Shown piece by piece: positions 28,774-38,373 of a stretch of 64,000 nucleotides of DNA (within the stretch, counting starts at the first letter, position 1; every line of letters begins with the position of its first letter). The stretch is from Prolixibacteraceae bacterium (GTDB taxonomy: Bacteria; Bacteroidota; Bacteroidia; Bacteroidales; Prolixibacteraceae). The notes below the pieces were generated by a model. It ran no database searches and was not told the origin of the DNA. It saw only the letters and a program-made list of their open reading frames with translations. The stretch spans positions 15,909-79,908 of the forward strand of contig JARKOX010000037.1 of the NCBI GenBank assembly GCA_029975525.1, read 5' to 3'. Made by a program: the position numbers and the translations under genes.

Positions 28774-28775
28774 TT

Positions 28776-29843
28776 TTATTTAAATTCTTTCAGTTTTTCA
28801 GGATTGATTTTTAAGATTATTTGTCGTTTCCGGTATACCCCGTCGGGGCTGCTTACCCTTTCTGCCTCTGTGTAAGAGATAGGCGTTGTCAGGGCAAGGA
28901 GTTTCAGAACCTCATCCAACTGTTCGTCAGCAAAAGTGGCGTGAAAGGTGTATTTTTTCAGTTGAGGGGCTGCCACTACGATTTCAGCATTGTACCACCG
29001 GCTTAACCTTTGGGCAACCTGTTCCATGTTTTCATTCCGGAATACCAGTTTGCCTTCGGTCCAGGAGGTGTACTGGGTTGCTATAACCTCTTTGTTGACA
29101 ATTCTTTGCCGGTTGGTATCAAAAGTTATCTGCCGGTCGGGAGTGAGTGTTGCGAGGTGTTTCCCGTTGTTTTGTGAAATGTCAACGGCGCCGCGTAACA
29201 GGGTTACCTCTTCGGTTGGCTCTTCCGGATAGGCTACCACATTAAAGGTAGTCCCTAATACTTTGATGTCGAGATTTTCAGTATGTACATAAAAAGGGGA
29301 CTCCTTCCGCTGTTTTACATCGAAGTAGGCTTCCCCTGCCAATTTTACCTGCCGTTCTGTCCCAAAGCGGACGGGGAATTTCAGGGTTGAGCCACTGTTG
29401 AGAAAGCCGGTGGTACCGTCGGGGAGTTCAAACTTGGTGCGTACCCCCAGTGGGCACTGGATTTCGGCATAGGCGTTGCCAACCGTAGAGCTGTCGCGGT
29501 GAAGCCACCAGTAAACGAGGAAGGAGAGTGCCAGCGGGACAATCAAAATAGCTGCTGTGCGCCTGAAAAGCTCCCAGCCTGATTTTATTTTTCGACTGCT
29601 GTTCTCATCAAGTTTGATGCGGTGTTGTATTCTGTCGAGAAGGTAGTCCACATCTCCTTCCGGCAGTTCGTCGTGCCCCCATTCAAGCCAGTGTTGCTCC
29701 ATCGCCTGACGGATATCCTCCCCTTTTTCGAGCTCTTTCAGGAGGAGTCTATAATCCTTCCGAGAATAGTTTCCGGAGAAAAAACGTTTCAATATATCTG
29801 TGCGTGCTGTCATCAGCTTTTTTTCAGAAAGTTGAAAAAACAA
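28776..29843 (-). CDS. FecR-family anti-sigma factor / transmembrane sensor
   Basis: Central TM segment 'AAILIVPLALSFLVYWW'. FecR domain ('VKLAGEAYFDV', 'LDIKVLGTTFNV'). C-terminal DUF4974-like 'VAQRLSRWYNAEIVV'. The start may be the internal Met at 29813. Confidence 0.88.
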   Translation of the reverse strand: MFFQLSEKKLMTARTDILKRFFSGNYSRKDYRLLLKELEKGEDIRQAMEQHWLEWGHDELPEGDVDYLLDRIQHRIKLDENSSRKIKSGWELFRRTAAILIVPLALSFLVYWWLHRDSSTVGNAYAEIQCPLGVRTKFELPDGTTGFLNSGSTLKFPVRFGTERQVKLAGEAYFDVKQRKESPFYVHTENLDIKVLGTTFNVVAYPEEPTEEVTLLRGAVDISQNNGKHLATLTPDRQITFDTNRQRIVNKEVIATQYTSWTEGKLVFRNENMEQVAQRLSRWYNAEIVVAAPQLKKYTFHATFADEQLDEVLKLLALTTPISYTEAERVSSPDGVYRKRQIILKINPEKLKEFK

Positions 29844-30011
29844 TTAAAATTTGTGTCCAAAGTCGGATCGTAAGATGAAGTCCGCCTTTATTGATATATA
29901 GGGTTGAGAATTCCAATTCCCCTAGTTGAAACAAAAAATAAAAATCACGGGTGGTCAGGCCGCTATTTTGAGGGGGTGTCAGGCAACTGTGTGCAGCCGG
30001 TTTTTTTCGTA

Positions 30012-30605
30012 CTAATTTTTCAGGAACAGCAGAAAAAAGAGTAGGCCGGCCCCACTTTCATTATCCAGACCTCTCCTGAGTGACTTCATCGCTTCGGTCA
30101 GGTGGTTCTCAACCGTTTTGGGAGAAATACCCAGTTTTCCGGCAATTTCTTTCACCGGTATCCCCTCTTTTTTTCGCAGGAACACAATCTCTTTTTGACG
30201 GGGAGGAAGTTCGTCAATGAGTTGGTCAACCAGTTCCAGCAACGACTGGTAATTGGTACGTTCGTCCAGTTCGTCGTTAAAATGGAGCGAAGCCTCCACG
30301 ATTTGACGACGGTAGGCTTGTTCACGACTGATCTTCAGGAAGAGGTCGCGAATGTGGCGGTAAGCAATTGTGAAAAGATAGGCCTGAAAAGAGCACTCTG
30401 TTTTGAGGGATTCGCGGTTGTTCCAGATCTTCAGAAACACTTCCTGAACCACCTCTTCCGCTTCAGGTTTCGATTTAAGGTACCCCAGTGAAAAATGGTA
30501 GAGCCGCTTCCCGTACAGGTGAAACAGTTCGTCAAAAGCGTGCGGGTCGCCTTTTTTTAAGGCTGCCACCCATTGTTTGTCGATATTTTCTGATTTAGTT
30601 TCCAA
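30012..30605 (-). CDS. ECF-type RNA polymerase sigma-70 factor
   Basis: Region 2 'EVVQEVFLKIWNNRE...AYLFTIAYRHIRD' and region 4 'LPPRQKEIVFLRKKEGIPVKEIAGKLGISPKTVENHL'. Upstream of fecR and susC. Confidence 0.9.
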   Translation of the reverse strand: METKSENIDKQWVAALKKGDPHAFDELFHLYGKRLYHFSLGYLKSKPEAEEVVQEVFLKIWNNRESLKTECSFQAYLFTIAYRHIRDLFLKISREQAYRRQIVEASLHFNDELDERTNYQSLLELVDQLIDELPPRQKEIVFLRKKEGIPVKEIAGKLGISPKTVENHLTEAMKSLRRGLDNESGAGLLFFLLFLKN

Positions 30606-30650
30606 CTAAAAAAATGAGCGAAAGTCAAATTAAGTAATAATAAACAATAT

Positions 30651-32336
30651 TCAGAACGGGGTGTGCCCTTCTTTCAGGATTTCGTGCAGGCTGATTTTTT
30701 GAAAAACCATGTCGGCCTGACTGCTTTCGTACAGGATTCCGATGGTTTGTTCGTCCACTGCCGTCAGCGAAGAGTAGCCGCGTCCGGTGCCTTCATCCAG
30801 TAACAGCCAGTATTCCGGCGGCCAGGTTTTTCCATCATCCCGACTTATTTTGATGGTCATCTGGTGACGTCCTTCGCGGGAGTTGGGATTGGAGAAGAGG
30901 AGCAGGGTCTGTTTTTGTCCGTCCTGGTGAAATTCATGTTTAAAAAGGGAAGCCATACAAACCGGTTCAGTCAGCGTGGTGCGGGAGGTGGGGTGTTCGG
31001 TCCAGGTTTGTCCCAGGTCGCTGGTAACCGCCACTGACCTTCCGTTGGTTCTGGTTTTACTGTGGTTGCGGTTATCGCGGATGTTCAGCATTAAACTTCC
31101 GTCGGAGAGCTGCGCCACGGCACATTCGGTGGTGTTGGTGGTGGCCGGGCGGCTGGTTGTCCAGGTTTTGCCGCCATCTTGGCTAAAGGTGATGTTGGAG
31201 AAGGGTTCTCCGGTTTCATCGCGTCCCTGGGTGGGGAAAACCAGCGTACTGTCGGCGAGGGTAATGCCGTTTCCGGGCGCCGGCGCCCACAGCCACCACG
31301 ACTCCGGTTTGCATACACGGGTGAGGTTTTCGGGGTCACTCCAGGTTTGGCCGTCGTCGCTGCTGCGGGTAATCAAAAATTGCGAGGTCTCTTTGACGCC
31401 GAAGCCGGGTTGCGATCCTTTGTCGCGCCACTGGTGGTTCCACACGGTGCTGTCGGCGGTGAGTCCTTCGCGCCACCTGCCGGTCGGATCGATTACGCCG
31501 TGCATCCAAAGTCCGGCCAGGAAAATGTTGTCCGAATTTTTGTCAACCAGGATGCAGGCGTCACTCACACCGTTAAATTTTTGAGGCAGCCCGCCCCATT
31601 CGCCCCTGTCGAGGGCGATTTGCATCGGTTTCCATGAGTTGCCGCCGTCGGTGCTGCGCTGCACCCCGATGTCGATATCGCCCTGCAGATCGCGGGCGCT
31701 GGTCCGGCGCGCGTCGTAAATGGCCAGCAGCGTGCCGGCGTTGGTGGTGGCCAGTCCCGGAATCCGAAAGGTGTGTACCCCGTCGTCGCCGTGTTGCCGC
31801 AGCGCCACGCCAAAACGCTGCACGATCTGCTTCTCTTCTCCGGCAGGTTTGAGGGTGCCGCGGCTGGTGACGATCTTCTCGCACGACGCATCGGCAAAAT
31901 GGAGCAGGTTGGCATGGTCTTTCAGTTTGACGCCCAGCAGCAGGTGGTTTTTTCCGGCAGCCAGCCTCACGGTTCCCTGAAACCGCAGTTTGGCAGCCGG
32001 TTGTGCGGGTTTTCCAAACAGCGAAATATCAGCCGGAATCGCAGTGGCGTTGATCTCACTGTGATCGCCGCACCAGAAGAGCGAAAAACTGTCGAGGTCG
32101 TTCAGGTCGGTCGTGCCCGCCGTACTGATGACCACCTCCCGGAGCGTGGTTCCGGCGGTAACGTCGTCGGTTGTGATTTCCATGCGCAACATTTCGTTGA
32201 ATGCTTTTCCTTTCAGCAGCGGGAGTTGCCGCTGCCGCTGAACGACCTGAATGCCGGCGATGACCTGGCTGCTGGCGCAAAAGCCTGTCAGGAGGAGAAT
32301 CAGCCAGACCGGAAGAAGGTGGTTTATCGTTTTCAC
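30651..32336 (-). CDS. nanH: Exo-alpha-sialidase, GH33, with N-terminal accessory domain
   Basis: 'FRIPGL' (RIP motif). Five Asp-box/BNR repeats: 'STDGGNSW', 'SSDDGQTW', 'SQDGGKTW', 'TSDLGQTW', 'SRDDGKTW'. Signal peptide present. Confidence 0.9.
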   Translation of the reverse strand: MKTINHLLPVWLILLLTGFCASSQVIAGIQVVQRQRQLPLLKGKAFNEMLRMEITTDDVTAGTTLREVVISTAGTTDLNDLDSFSLFWCGDHSEINATAIPADISLFGKPAQPAAKLRFQGTVRLAAGKNHLLLGVKLKDHANLLHFADASCEKIVTSRGTLKPAGEEKQIVQRFGVALRQHGDDGVHTFRIPGLATTNAGTLLAIYDARRTSARDLQGDIDIGVQRSTDGGNSWKPMQIALDRGEWGGLPQKFNGVSDACILVDKNSDNIFLAGLWMHGVIDPTGRWREGLTADSTVWNHQWRDKGSQPGFGVKETSQFLITRSSDDGQTWSDPENLTRVCKPESWWLWAPAPGNGITLADSTLVFPTQGRDETGEPFSNITFSQDGGKTWTTSRPATTNTTECAVAQLSDGSLMLNIRDNRNHSKTRTNGRSVAVTSDLGQTWTEHPTSRTTLTEPVCMASLFKHEFHQDGQKQTLLLFSNPNSREGRHQMTIKISRDDGKTWPPEYWLLLDEGTGRGYSSLTAVDEQTIGILYESSQADMVFQKISLHEILKEGHTPF

Positions 32337-32374
32337 AGGTTTGATCTTTTGAGGATGTGACGATTTTGATCCAA

Positions 32375-32986
32375 TTAGTGGTCCACCAGGTGGCCGGGGA
32401 GTTTACGCTCCTGTTTTCTGGTTCTTCGCAGTTTTTTGGGACAGTACCAGAGCCAGAAACCGGTTCCGGTGAAGAGCAGCAGCGCTATGCCGGTTACCGA
32501 GGTGTAAATCAGTTTGATTTGACCGTTGCCGGTGTTGAAGTATCGGTCGAGGATGGATCCGTCGTGGATATTTTCAATCAGGTCGGAGCGGCGGTGCTCG
32601 AGGTGAAGCAGCTGGCCGGTGGCGCCGTCTAACTGCAGGCCGGTGTAGTTGGCGGCAAAAACGAATTTGACCATCCCTTTGTCGGGGCGGATGTCGATTC
32701 GTTCCAGTTCGGTGCTGAAGTCAGCGCCAAATTTTTCGCGGAGGAACCGGCAGGCGTTTTGGTGCAGGCTGTCCACCGGAAGCCAGTCGGCCAGGTTGGT
32801 CGAACTGCCCTGATAGGAGCGGGGCAGGATGAGGCCGCCGCTGTGTTTTTTCCAGCCCAGCAGCAGGCCGGTTGCCGAGATGAAAAAGAAACAGATAAAC
32901 AACAGTATGCCGGTGGTCCGGTGGATTTTGCGGGTCAGGCGTAAAAAGCCGGCCTGCCGGCTGCGGGAACTTTTTTTCAGATGCAT
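32375..32986 (-). CDS. PepSY-associated TM-helix family membrane protein
   Basis: 'LTRKIHRTTGILLFICFFFISATGLLLGWKKH' N-terminal TM pattern plus a C-terminal TM segment. About 200 aa, as in the small PepSY_TM proteins. Confidence 0.6.
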   Translation of the reverse strand: MHLKKSSRSRQAGFLRLTRKIHRTTGILLFICFFFISATGLLLGWKKHSGGLILPRSYQGSSTNLADWLPVDSLHQNACRFLREKFGADFSTELERIDIRPDKGMVKFVFAANYTGLQLDGATGQLLHLEHRRSDLIENIHDGSILDRYFNTGNGQIKLIYTSVTGIALLLFTGTGFWLWYCPKKLRRTRKQERKLPGHLVDH

Positions 32987-33071
32987 AGAACAGGTCAGGT
33001 TTTGGTAATTGCCGCAATGGTACTCGGTTGGGTTTAAAACTGGTGGTTTGCCCGGTTTTAACCGATCCGTT

Positions 33072-33665
33072 TTAACTCTTCTGCGGATATAATGTTTGAT
33101 GTTGGTTTAGCATTTCAATGAACTGCCGGATTCTTCCGGCGCGCAACGCGGGTTGCCTGGCGGTTTGAATCCGGTAAAGGAGGGCATACCGGTTGGTTTT
33201 GTCGAGGGTTTCAAAAAAGGCGCTGGCTGCTGGATTTTTCTCCAGCGCTTCCCTGAAATCATCCGGAATTTCGATGGTTCGTTGCGAGTCGTAGGCAGAG
33301 TCCCAGGTTCCGTTCTGTTGCGCCACTCCGATCACGGCCAGTCCGGCAGGTTTCATCTCGCCGCTGGCCATGAGGGCCAAGGCTTTTTCCTTGTTGATTT
33401 TCGACCAGGCGCTTTTGGGTTTTCGGGGGGTAAAGCGCTGCAGCCACGATTGGTCGTCGTATTTGTTCAACAGCCCGTCGATCCAGCCGTAACAAAGCGC
33501 AACGTTCACCGCCTCGTCGTAACTGATCGATTTGAGGCTGCTCTTTTTGCGGGCCAGCCTGAGCCAGATTCCGGGCTGGGTGGCGCCGTTTTCTTCGAGC
33601 CAGCCCGCCCACTCCTCGCTGTCTGTAAACAGGCACACCGGTAAATTTTGATATTGCTGCTCCAT
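33072..33665 (-). CDS. YdeI/OmpD-associated (OmdA) family protein
   Basis: 'EWAGWLEENGATQPGIWLRLARKKS...ISYDEAVNVALCYGWIDG...RFTPRKPKSAWSKIN' matches the YdeI family pattern. Confidence 0.7.
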   Translation of the reverse strand: MEQQYQNLPVCLFTDSEEWAGWLEENGATQPGIWLRLARKKSSLKSISYDEAVNVALCYGWIDGLLNKYDDQSWLQRFTPRKPKSAWSKINKEKALALMASGEMKPAGLAVIGVAQQNGTWDSAYDSQRTIEIPDDFREALEKNPAASAFFETLDKTNRYALLYRIQTARQPALRAGRIRQFIEMLNQHQTLYPQKS

Positions 33666-33774
33666 TTTGTTGCTGTCGCTCTATTTCTCCCGATCTTTCA
33701 AAGTAAATTAAAAAAATAGCAGGAGACAACTGTTTCTGGCTCCTGCCGGTTGAAAAATGAGGGGGTGAAAAGAC

Positions 33775-34164
33775 TTATTTGCGGGAGTGCAGGGCGATAC
33801 GGTTTCCTTCGGTGTCGAGGAAAAGCCCCATGTAGCCGATCTCTTCCGTGATCAGGGTTTTGTCGCGCAAAACCACTCCGCCGGCCGCTTCAACGCGCGC
33901 CAGCTCGTTGGCCAGGTCGCCCGAGTGCGCCGTGAAGTAGAGCAGCGTGCCGTCGGTCGAAGGTTTGTAGTGCTCCTGCTGAAAAACCAGCGCGCCGCTG
34001 CTTCCCAGGCCATTTTCCAGCCACGGGAAAAACGCCATCTCTAAATGGCCCATCAACTGGCGATTCATTTTAAACCCAAAAACGGTTTCGTAAAATTTGA
34101 TCGCCCGATCCAGGTTGGCGGTTGGAATTTCGAACCATCCAACCACATTGTTTTTCATTTCCAT
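33775..34164 (-). CDS. VOC/glyoxalase-family protein
   Basis: 'VGWFEIPTANLDRAIKFYETVFGF' is a typical glyoxalase/bleomycin-resistance N-terminus. Start moved to the ATG at 34164, because the ORF-track extension to 34389 has no family-like sequence. Confidence 0.75.
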   Translation of the reverse strand: MEMKNNVVGWFEIPTANLDRAIKFYETVFGFKMNRQLMGHLEMAFFPWLENGLGSSGALVFQQEHYKPSTDGTLLYFTAHSGDLANELARVEAAGGVVLRDKTLITEEIGYMGLFLDTEGNRIALHSRK

Positions 34165-34395
34165 CGCTACAATGTTTTTAGTTAGCCATCTTAAAAACCG
34201 GCAATTTTCGGGGGGTGATTTCCTGCCGTTTTTCAAAGTTAGCGATTCTTCCGCAAAGTACCGGCAGCGGGGAAGCTGCGCAGAAAACCTGGCATATGAA
34301 GGAATTGTGATTTTCTTCCAGATTGAATCCGGGAGAGGTTCTCTTTTGCGTTGCAAGCCGGAAAAGTGTATTTTTGAAATCTGTTTCAAAAAATC

Positions 34396-35319
34396 ATGAA
34401 GACAAAATGGCTCAGTATAACAGGGTGCATGCTGGTGGGCAGCATGACACTGCTGGCAACCTGCGGATTAACGCAAAAAGAGGGTGACGACCGTCCCAAA
34501 ACGGAAAGCACCCCTGTTTTTTACACTTCGGTGCCGGTTCCCGACTCGATGACTTTTGTGGGCGAAACCGTTCCGCTTCACCGTTTTGAAGTGCACGAAA
34601 GTATGGAGCGCGAGTTGCTGGTAAATTCCTATTTTCATTCGCAGACCATCCGGTTTATCAAAATGGCGCCCCGTTTTTTCAGTATCATCGACCCGATTCT
34701 GAAGGAGAACGGGATTCCTGCCGATTTCAGGTATCTGGCGGTTGCCGAAAGTAATCTCGATCCGAAGATTGTCTCTCCGGCCGGCGCTGTGGGATTGTGG
34801 CAGTTTATGAAAGAGACGGCTGTGGAATACGGCCTGGAGGTGAACAACGAGGTGGACGAGCGTTACCACATTGAAAAATCGACCCGCGCCGCCTGCCGTT
34901 TCCTGCAAAGCGCCCACGAACGTTACGGAAACTGGACGCTGGTGGCAGCGGCCTACAACTCGGGACGCACCTTTGTGGTGCGGCAGATGACCCGCCAGCG
35001 CACCAGCAACTATTTCGACCTGCTGCTGGGCGAGGAGACCGAACGTTATCTCTTCCGGATCATGGCGCTGAAACTGATCCTGGAAAATCCCGAAAAATAT
35101 GGTTTTAAAATCGACGAAGCGGAAAAATATCCGCTCTGGCAAACCCGCAAGGTGGCAGTCAGCGGCGCAGTTCCCGACTTTACCGATTTTGCTGCCGGTT
35201 ACGGGATCAGCTACAAAACGCTCAAATATTACAATCCCTGGCTGCGCGATGTCCAGCTGGTCAACAAAGCCGGGAAAACTTATCTGATCGACATTCCGGT
35301 GGAAACCGCCGCAAAATGA
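34396..35319 (+). CDS. Lytic murein transglycosylase (SLT domain), MltD-like
   Basis: 'YLAVAESNLDPKIVSPAGAVGLWQFMKETA' contains the catalytic Glu-Ser motif and 'GLWQFM'. 'AAYNSG' also present. Signal/lipoprotein N-terminus. Confidence 0.85.
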   Translation: MKTKWLSITGCMLVGSMTLLATCGLTQKEGDDRPKTESTPVFYTSVPVPDSMTFVGETVPLHRFEVHESMERELLVNSYFHSQTIRFIKMAPRFFSIIDPILKENGIPADFRYLAVAESNLDPKIVSPAGAVGLWQFMKETAVEYGLEVNNEVDERYHIEKSTRAACRFLQSAHERYGNWTLVAAAYNSGRTFVVRQMTRQRTSNYFDLLLGEETERYLFRIMALKLILENPEKYGFKIDEAEKYPLWQTRKVAVSGAVPDFTDFAAGYGISYKTLKYYNPWLRDVQLVNKAGKTYLIDIPVETAAK

Positions 35320-35352
35320 CGGACTGGCGGAGCTAAAACAGAGTTTTAAAGT

Positions 35353-38223
35353 ATGCAACAGTTAGAAAATGAGATCATGCTTGCCGGAGATGAGCTGGGC
35401 GGCGAAGAGAAGATCCTAGTGCAGGGGGCGCGGGTGCATAATCTCCAGAAGATTGATGTGGAGATCCCGCGCAACAAGCTCACGGTAATTACCGGGCTGA
35501 GCGGAAGCGGAAAATCGTCGCTCGCCTTTGATACCATCTACGCCGAAGGGCAGCGGCGCTACATCGAAACGTTTTCGGCCTACGCCCGATCTTTCCTCGG
35601 AAATATGGAACGTCCGGACGTGGACATGATTACCGGCCTCAGTCCGGTGATCTCCATCGAACAGAAGGTGACCAGCCGGAATCCGCGTTCAACGGTCGGA
35701 ACCGTCACCGAGATTTACGACTTCCTGCGGTTGCTCTTTGCCCGCGCTTCCGAAGCTTTTTCGTACAACACCGGCGAAAAAATGGTGAAATACACCGACG
35801 AAAAGATTATTCAGCTCATCAAGGAGAAGTTTGCCGCGAAACGTATCCACGTGCTGGCGCCGCAGGTGAAAGGCCGTAAAGGGCACTACCGCGAGCTGTT
35901 TGAGCAGATTCGCCGAAAAGGGTTTTTGTATGCCCGGGTGGATGGCGAAATTGTGGAGCTGACCCACAACTACAAGGTCGACCGCTATAAAAACCACTTC
36001 ATCGAGATGGTCATTGATAAGATGGTGGTTGACGAAGCGTCGGACAAGCGGCTGAAGGAGAGCATTCAAGTGGCAATGGTACAGGGGCGCGGCATCATCA
36101 TGATCCTCGACCACGACAGCGGTGAAGTGAAATATTACAGCCGCCAGTTGATGTGCCCCACAACCGGCATCTCTTATGCTGAACCGGCGCCGCACAACTT
36201 TTCGTTCAACTCGCCCCAGGGAGCCTGCCACAAATGCAACGGGCTGGGACGAATTGCCGAAATCGATCTGGATAAAATTATTCCTGACAAATCGCTCAGT
36301 ATCGGCAAAGGCGGGATTGTTCCGCTGGGGCCGCAGAAAAATTCGCTCATCTGGTGGCAGATTGAGGCGTTGGGCGAAAAATATGATTTTACCCTAAAAA
36401 CGCCGATCCGGGATATTTCGGAAGAAGGGCTCGACGCCGTGCTGTTTGGCACCAGCGAGCGGATCCAGCTGAAGAATACGCCGCTGGGGGCCAGCCTCAA
36501 CTACCTGATGACTTACGAAGGATTGGTGAAATATATTGAAAGTCAGCGCGAAGATAACCCTTCGCAGAAGGCACAGAAGTGGGCCAACCAGTTTGTCAAA
36601 ACCATCGACTGTCCGGAGTGTGGGGGGATGCGCCTCAAAAAAGAGTCGCTCTGGTTTAAAATTGATGGCAAAAATATTTCAGAGATTGCGCAGATGGACC
36701 TGACCGAGATGGGGCAGTGGTTCGAAGGGCTTGAAGAGCGGCTCAGCGATCGGCAGCAGAAGATCGGCCGCGAGGTGATCAAGGAGATTCGCGACCGGCT
36801 GGGGTTTCTGCTGGGAGTGGGGCTGAACTACCTTTCGCTCGATCGTCCGGCGCGCACGCTTTCCGGCGGCGAATCGCAGCGGATCCGGCTGGCCACACAA
36901 ATCGGCTCGCAACTGGTCAACGTACTCTACATCCTCGACGAACCGAGTATCGGGCTGCACCACCGCGACAACCTGCGGCTGATCCACGCGCTGGAACAGC
37001 TGCGCGACTCGGGGAATTCGGTCATTGTGGTGGAACACGACAAGGAGATGATGTTGCACGCCGACTATGTGGTGGATATGGGACCGCTGGCTGGCCGGCA
37101 TGGCGGCGAAGTGGTGGCTGCCGGCACTCCGCAGGAGATCCTGCAGGCCAGTACCCTTACGGCCGACTACCTTACCGGTCGGCGGAAAATTGAGATTCCG
37201 CAGGTGCGCCGTCCCGGAAATGGTCATTTCCTCCGGCTGAACGGCTGCGCGGGAAATAACCTGAAAAAGGTAAACCTGGAAATTCCGCTGGGGAAATTTA
37301 TCTGTGTGACCGGCGTCTCCGGAAGTGGCAAATCGACCCTGATAAACGAAACGCTGCAGCCGGTGCTCAGCCAGCATTTTTACAATTCGGTACAGGATCC
37401 GCTTCCGTACGAAACGGTGGAGGGGTTGCAGCACATCGACAAGGTGGTGGAAGTTGACCAGTCGCCGCTGGGGCGTACTCCGCGGTCGAACCCGGTAACC
37501 TACACCGGCGTTTTTTCTGATATCCGTTCCCTGTTTACCCAGCTGCCCGAATCGAAAATCCGCGGCTACCAGCCGGGTCGGTTTTCGTTCAATGTAAAAG
37601 GCGGCCGTTGTGAAGAGTGCCAGGGCGCCGGCGTTCGTGAGATTGAAATGAATTTCCTCCCCGACGTTTATGTCCATTGCGACAAATGCAACGGCAAACG
37701 TTACAACCGCGAAACGCTGGAGGTGCGCTACAAGGGAAAGTCGATCTCCGACGTGCTGGACATGACCATCAACCAGGGGGTGGAGTTTTTTGAGAGCATT
37801 CCGTCGATAGCCCAAAAGTTGAAGATGGTGCAGGAGGTGGGGCTGGGCTACATCACGCTGGGGCAACCCTCCACGACTTTGTCGGGCGGTGAATCACAGC
37901 GGGTGAAACTGGCTGCCGAGCTGGCGAAACGCGATACCGGCAAAACCCTTTACATTCTTGATGAGCCGACCACCGGCCTCCACTTTGAAGACATCCGCGT
38001 GCTGCTGATGGTGCTCAACCGGCTGGTGGAGAAGGGGAACACGGTCGTGGTTATCGAACACAACCTGGATGTTATCAAGGCGGCCGACCATCTTATCGAC
38101 CTGGGACCGGAAGGCGGCCGCGACGGCGGACGGATCCTTTGCACCGGAACTCCCGAAGAGGTGGCGCAGATGGAGGGCTCTTACACCGCTCAGTTTTTGA
38201 AAGAAGAGCTCGAAGCAAATTAA
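35353..38223 (+). CDS. uvrA: Excinuclease ABC subunit A
   Basis: 956 aa. Two ABC ATPase modules ('[14 protein letters not shown]', '[13 protein letters not shown]', 'LSGGESQR' twice) and zinc-finger CxxC pairs. Confidence 0.97.
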   Translation: MQQLENEIMLAGDELGGEEKILVQGARVHNLQKIDVEIPRNKLTVITGLSGSGKSSLAFDTIYAEGQRRYIETFSAYARSFLGNMERPDVDMITGLSPVISIEQKVTSRNPRSTVGTVTEIYDFLRLLFARASEAFSYNTGEKMVKYTDEKIIQLIKEKFAAKRIHVLAPQVKGRKGHYRELFEQIRRKGFLYARVDGEIVELTHNYKVDRYKNHFIEMVIDKMVVDEASDKRLKESIQVAMVQGRGIIMILDHDSGEVKYYSRQLMCPTTGISYAEPAPHNFSFNSPQGACHKCNGLGRIAEIDLDKIIPDKSLSIGKGGIVPLGPQKNSLIWWQIEALGEKYDFTLKTPIRDISEEGLDAVLFGTSERIQLKNTPLGASLNYLMTYEGLVKYIESQREDNPSQKAQKWANQFVKTIDCPECGGMRLKKESLWFKIDGKNISEIAQMDLTEMGQWFEGLEERLSDRQQKIGREVIKEIRDRLGFLLGVGLNYLSLDRPARTLSGGESQRIRLATQIGSQLVNVLYILDEPSIGLHHRDNLRLIHALEQLRDSGNSVIVVEHDKEMMLHADYVVDMGPLAGRHGGEVVAAGTPQEILQASTLTADYLTGRRKIEIPQVRRPGNGHFLRLNGCAGNNLKKVNLEIPLGKFICVTGVSGSGKSTLINETLQPVLSQHFYNSVQDPLPYETVEGLQHIDKVVEVDQSPLGRTPRSNPVTYTGVFSDIRSLFTQLPESKIRGYQPGRFSFNVKGGRCEECQGAGVREIEMNFLPDVYVHCDKCNGKRYNRETLEVRYKGKSISDVLDMTINQGVEFFESIPSIAQKLKMVQEVGLGYITLGQPSTTLSGGESQRVKLAAELAKRDTGKTLYILDEPTTGLHFEDIRVLLMVLNRLVEKGNTVVVIEHNLDVIKAADHLIDLGPEGGRDGGRILCTGTPEEVAQMEGSYTAQFLKEELEAN

Positions 38224-38373
38224 GTTTGAAAAATTACAGAACGGCAGGTAGAAAGGAGTTCCTGCTGTCGGAACATATTGTACGCTGAATTTTTATTACA
38301 CGCAAACAGGGCTGGATTGAGCCGCTTTGCAGGATGTTCCGCGGAACATCCAACCAATAAAAAACCAAAAAAA

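Noticed and set aside
29949-29984. Direct repeat GGTG(G)TCAGGC twice in the 168-nt spacer between the ECF sigma gene and fecR.
   Set aside because: Only a 7-nt core is exact, which is not statistically compelling. No known ECF promoter consensus was matched. The long spacer itself remains worth noting.
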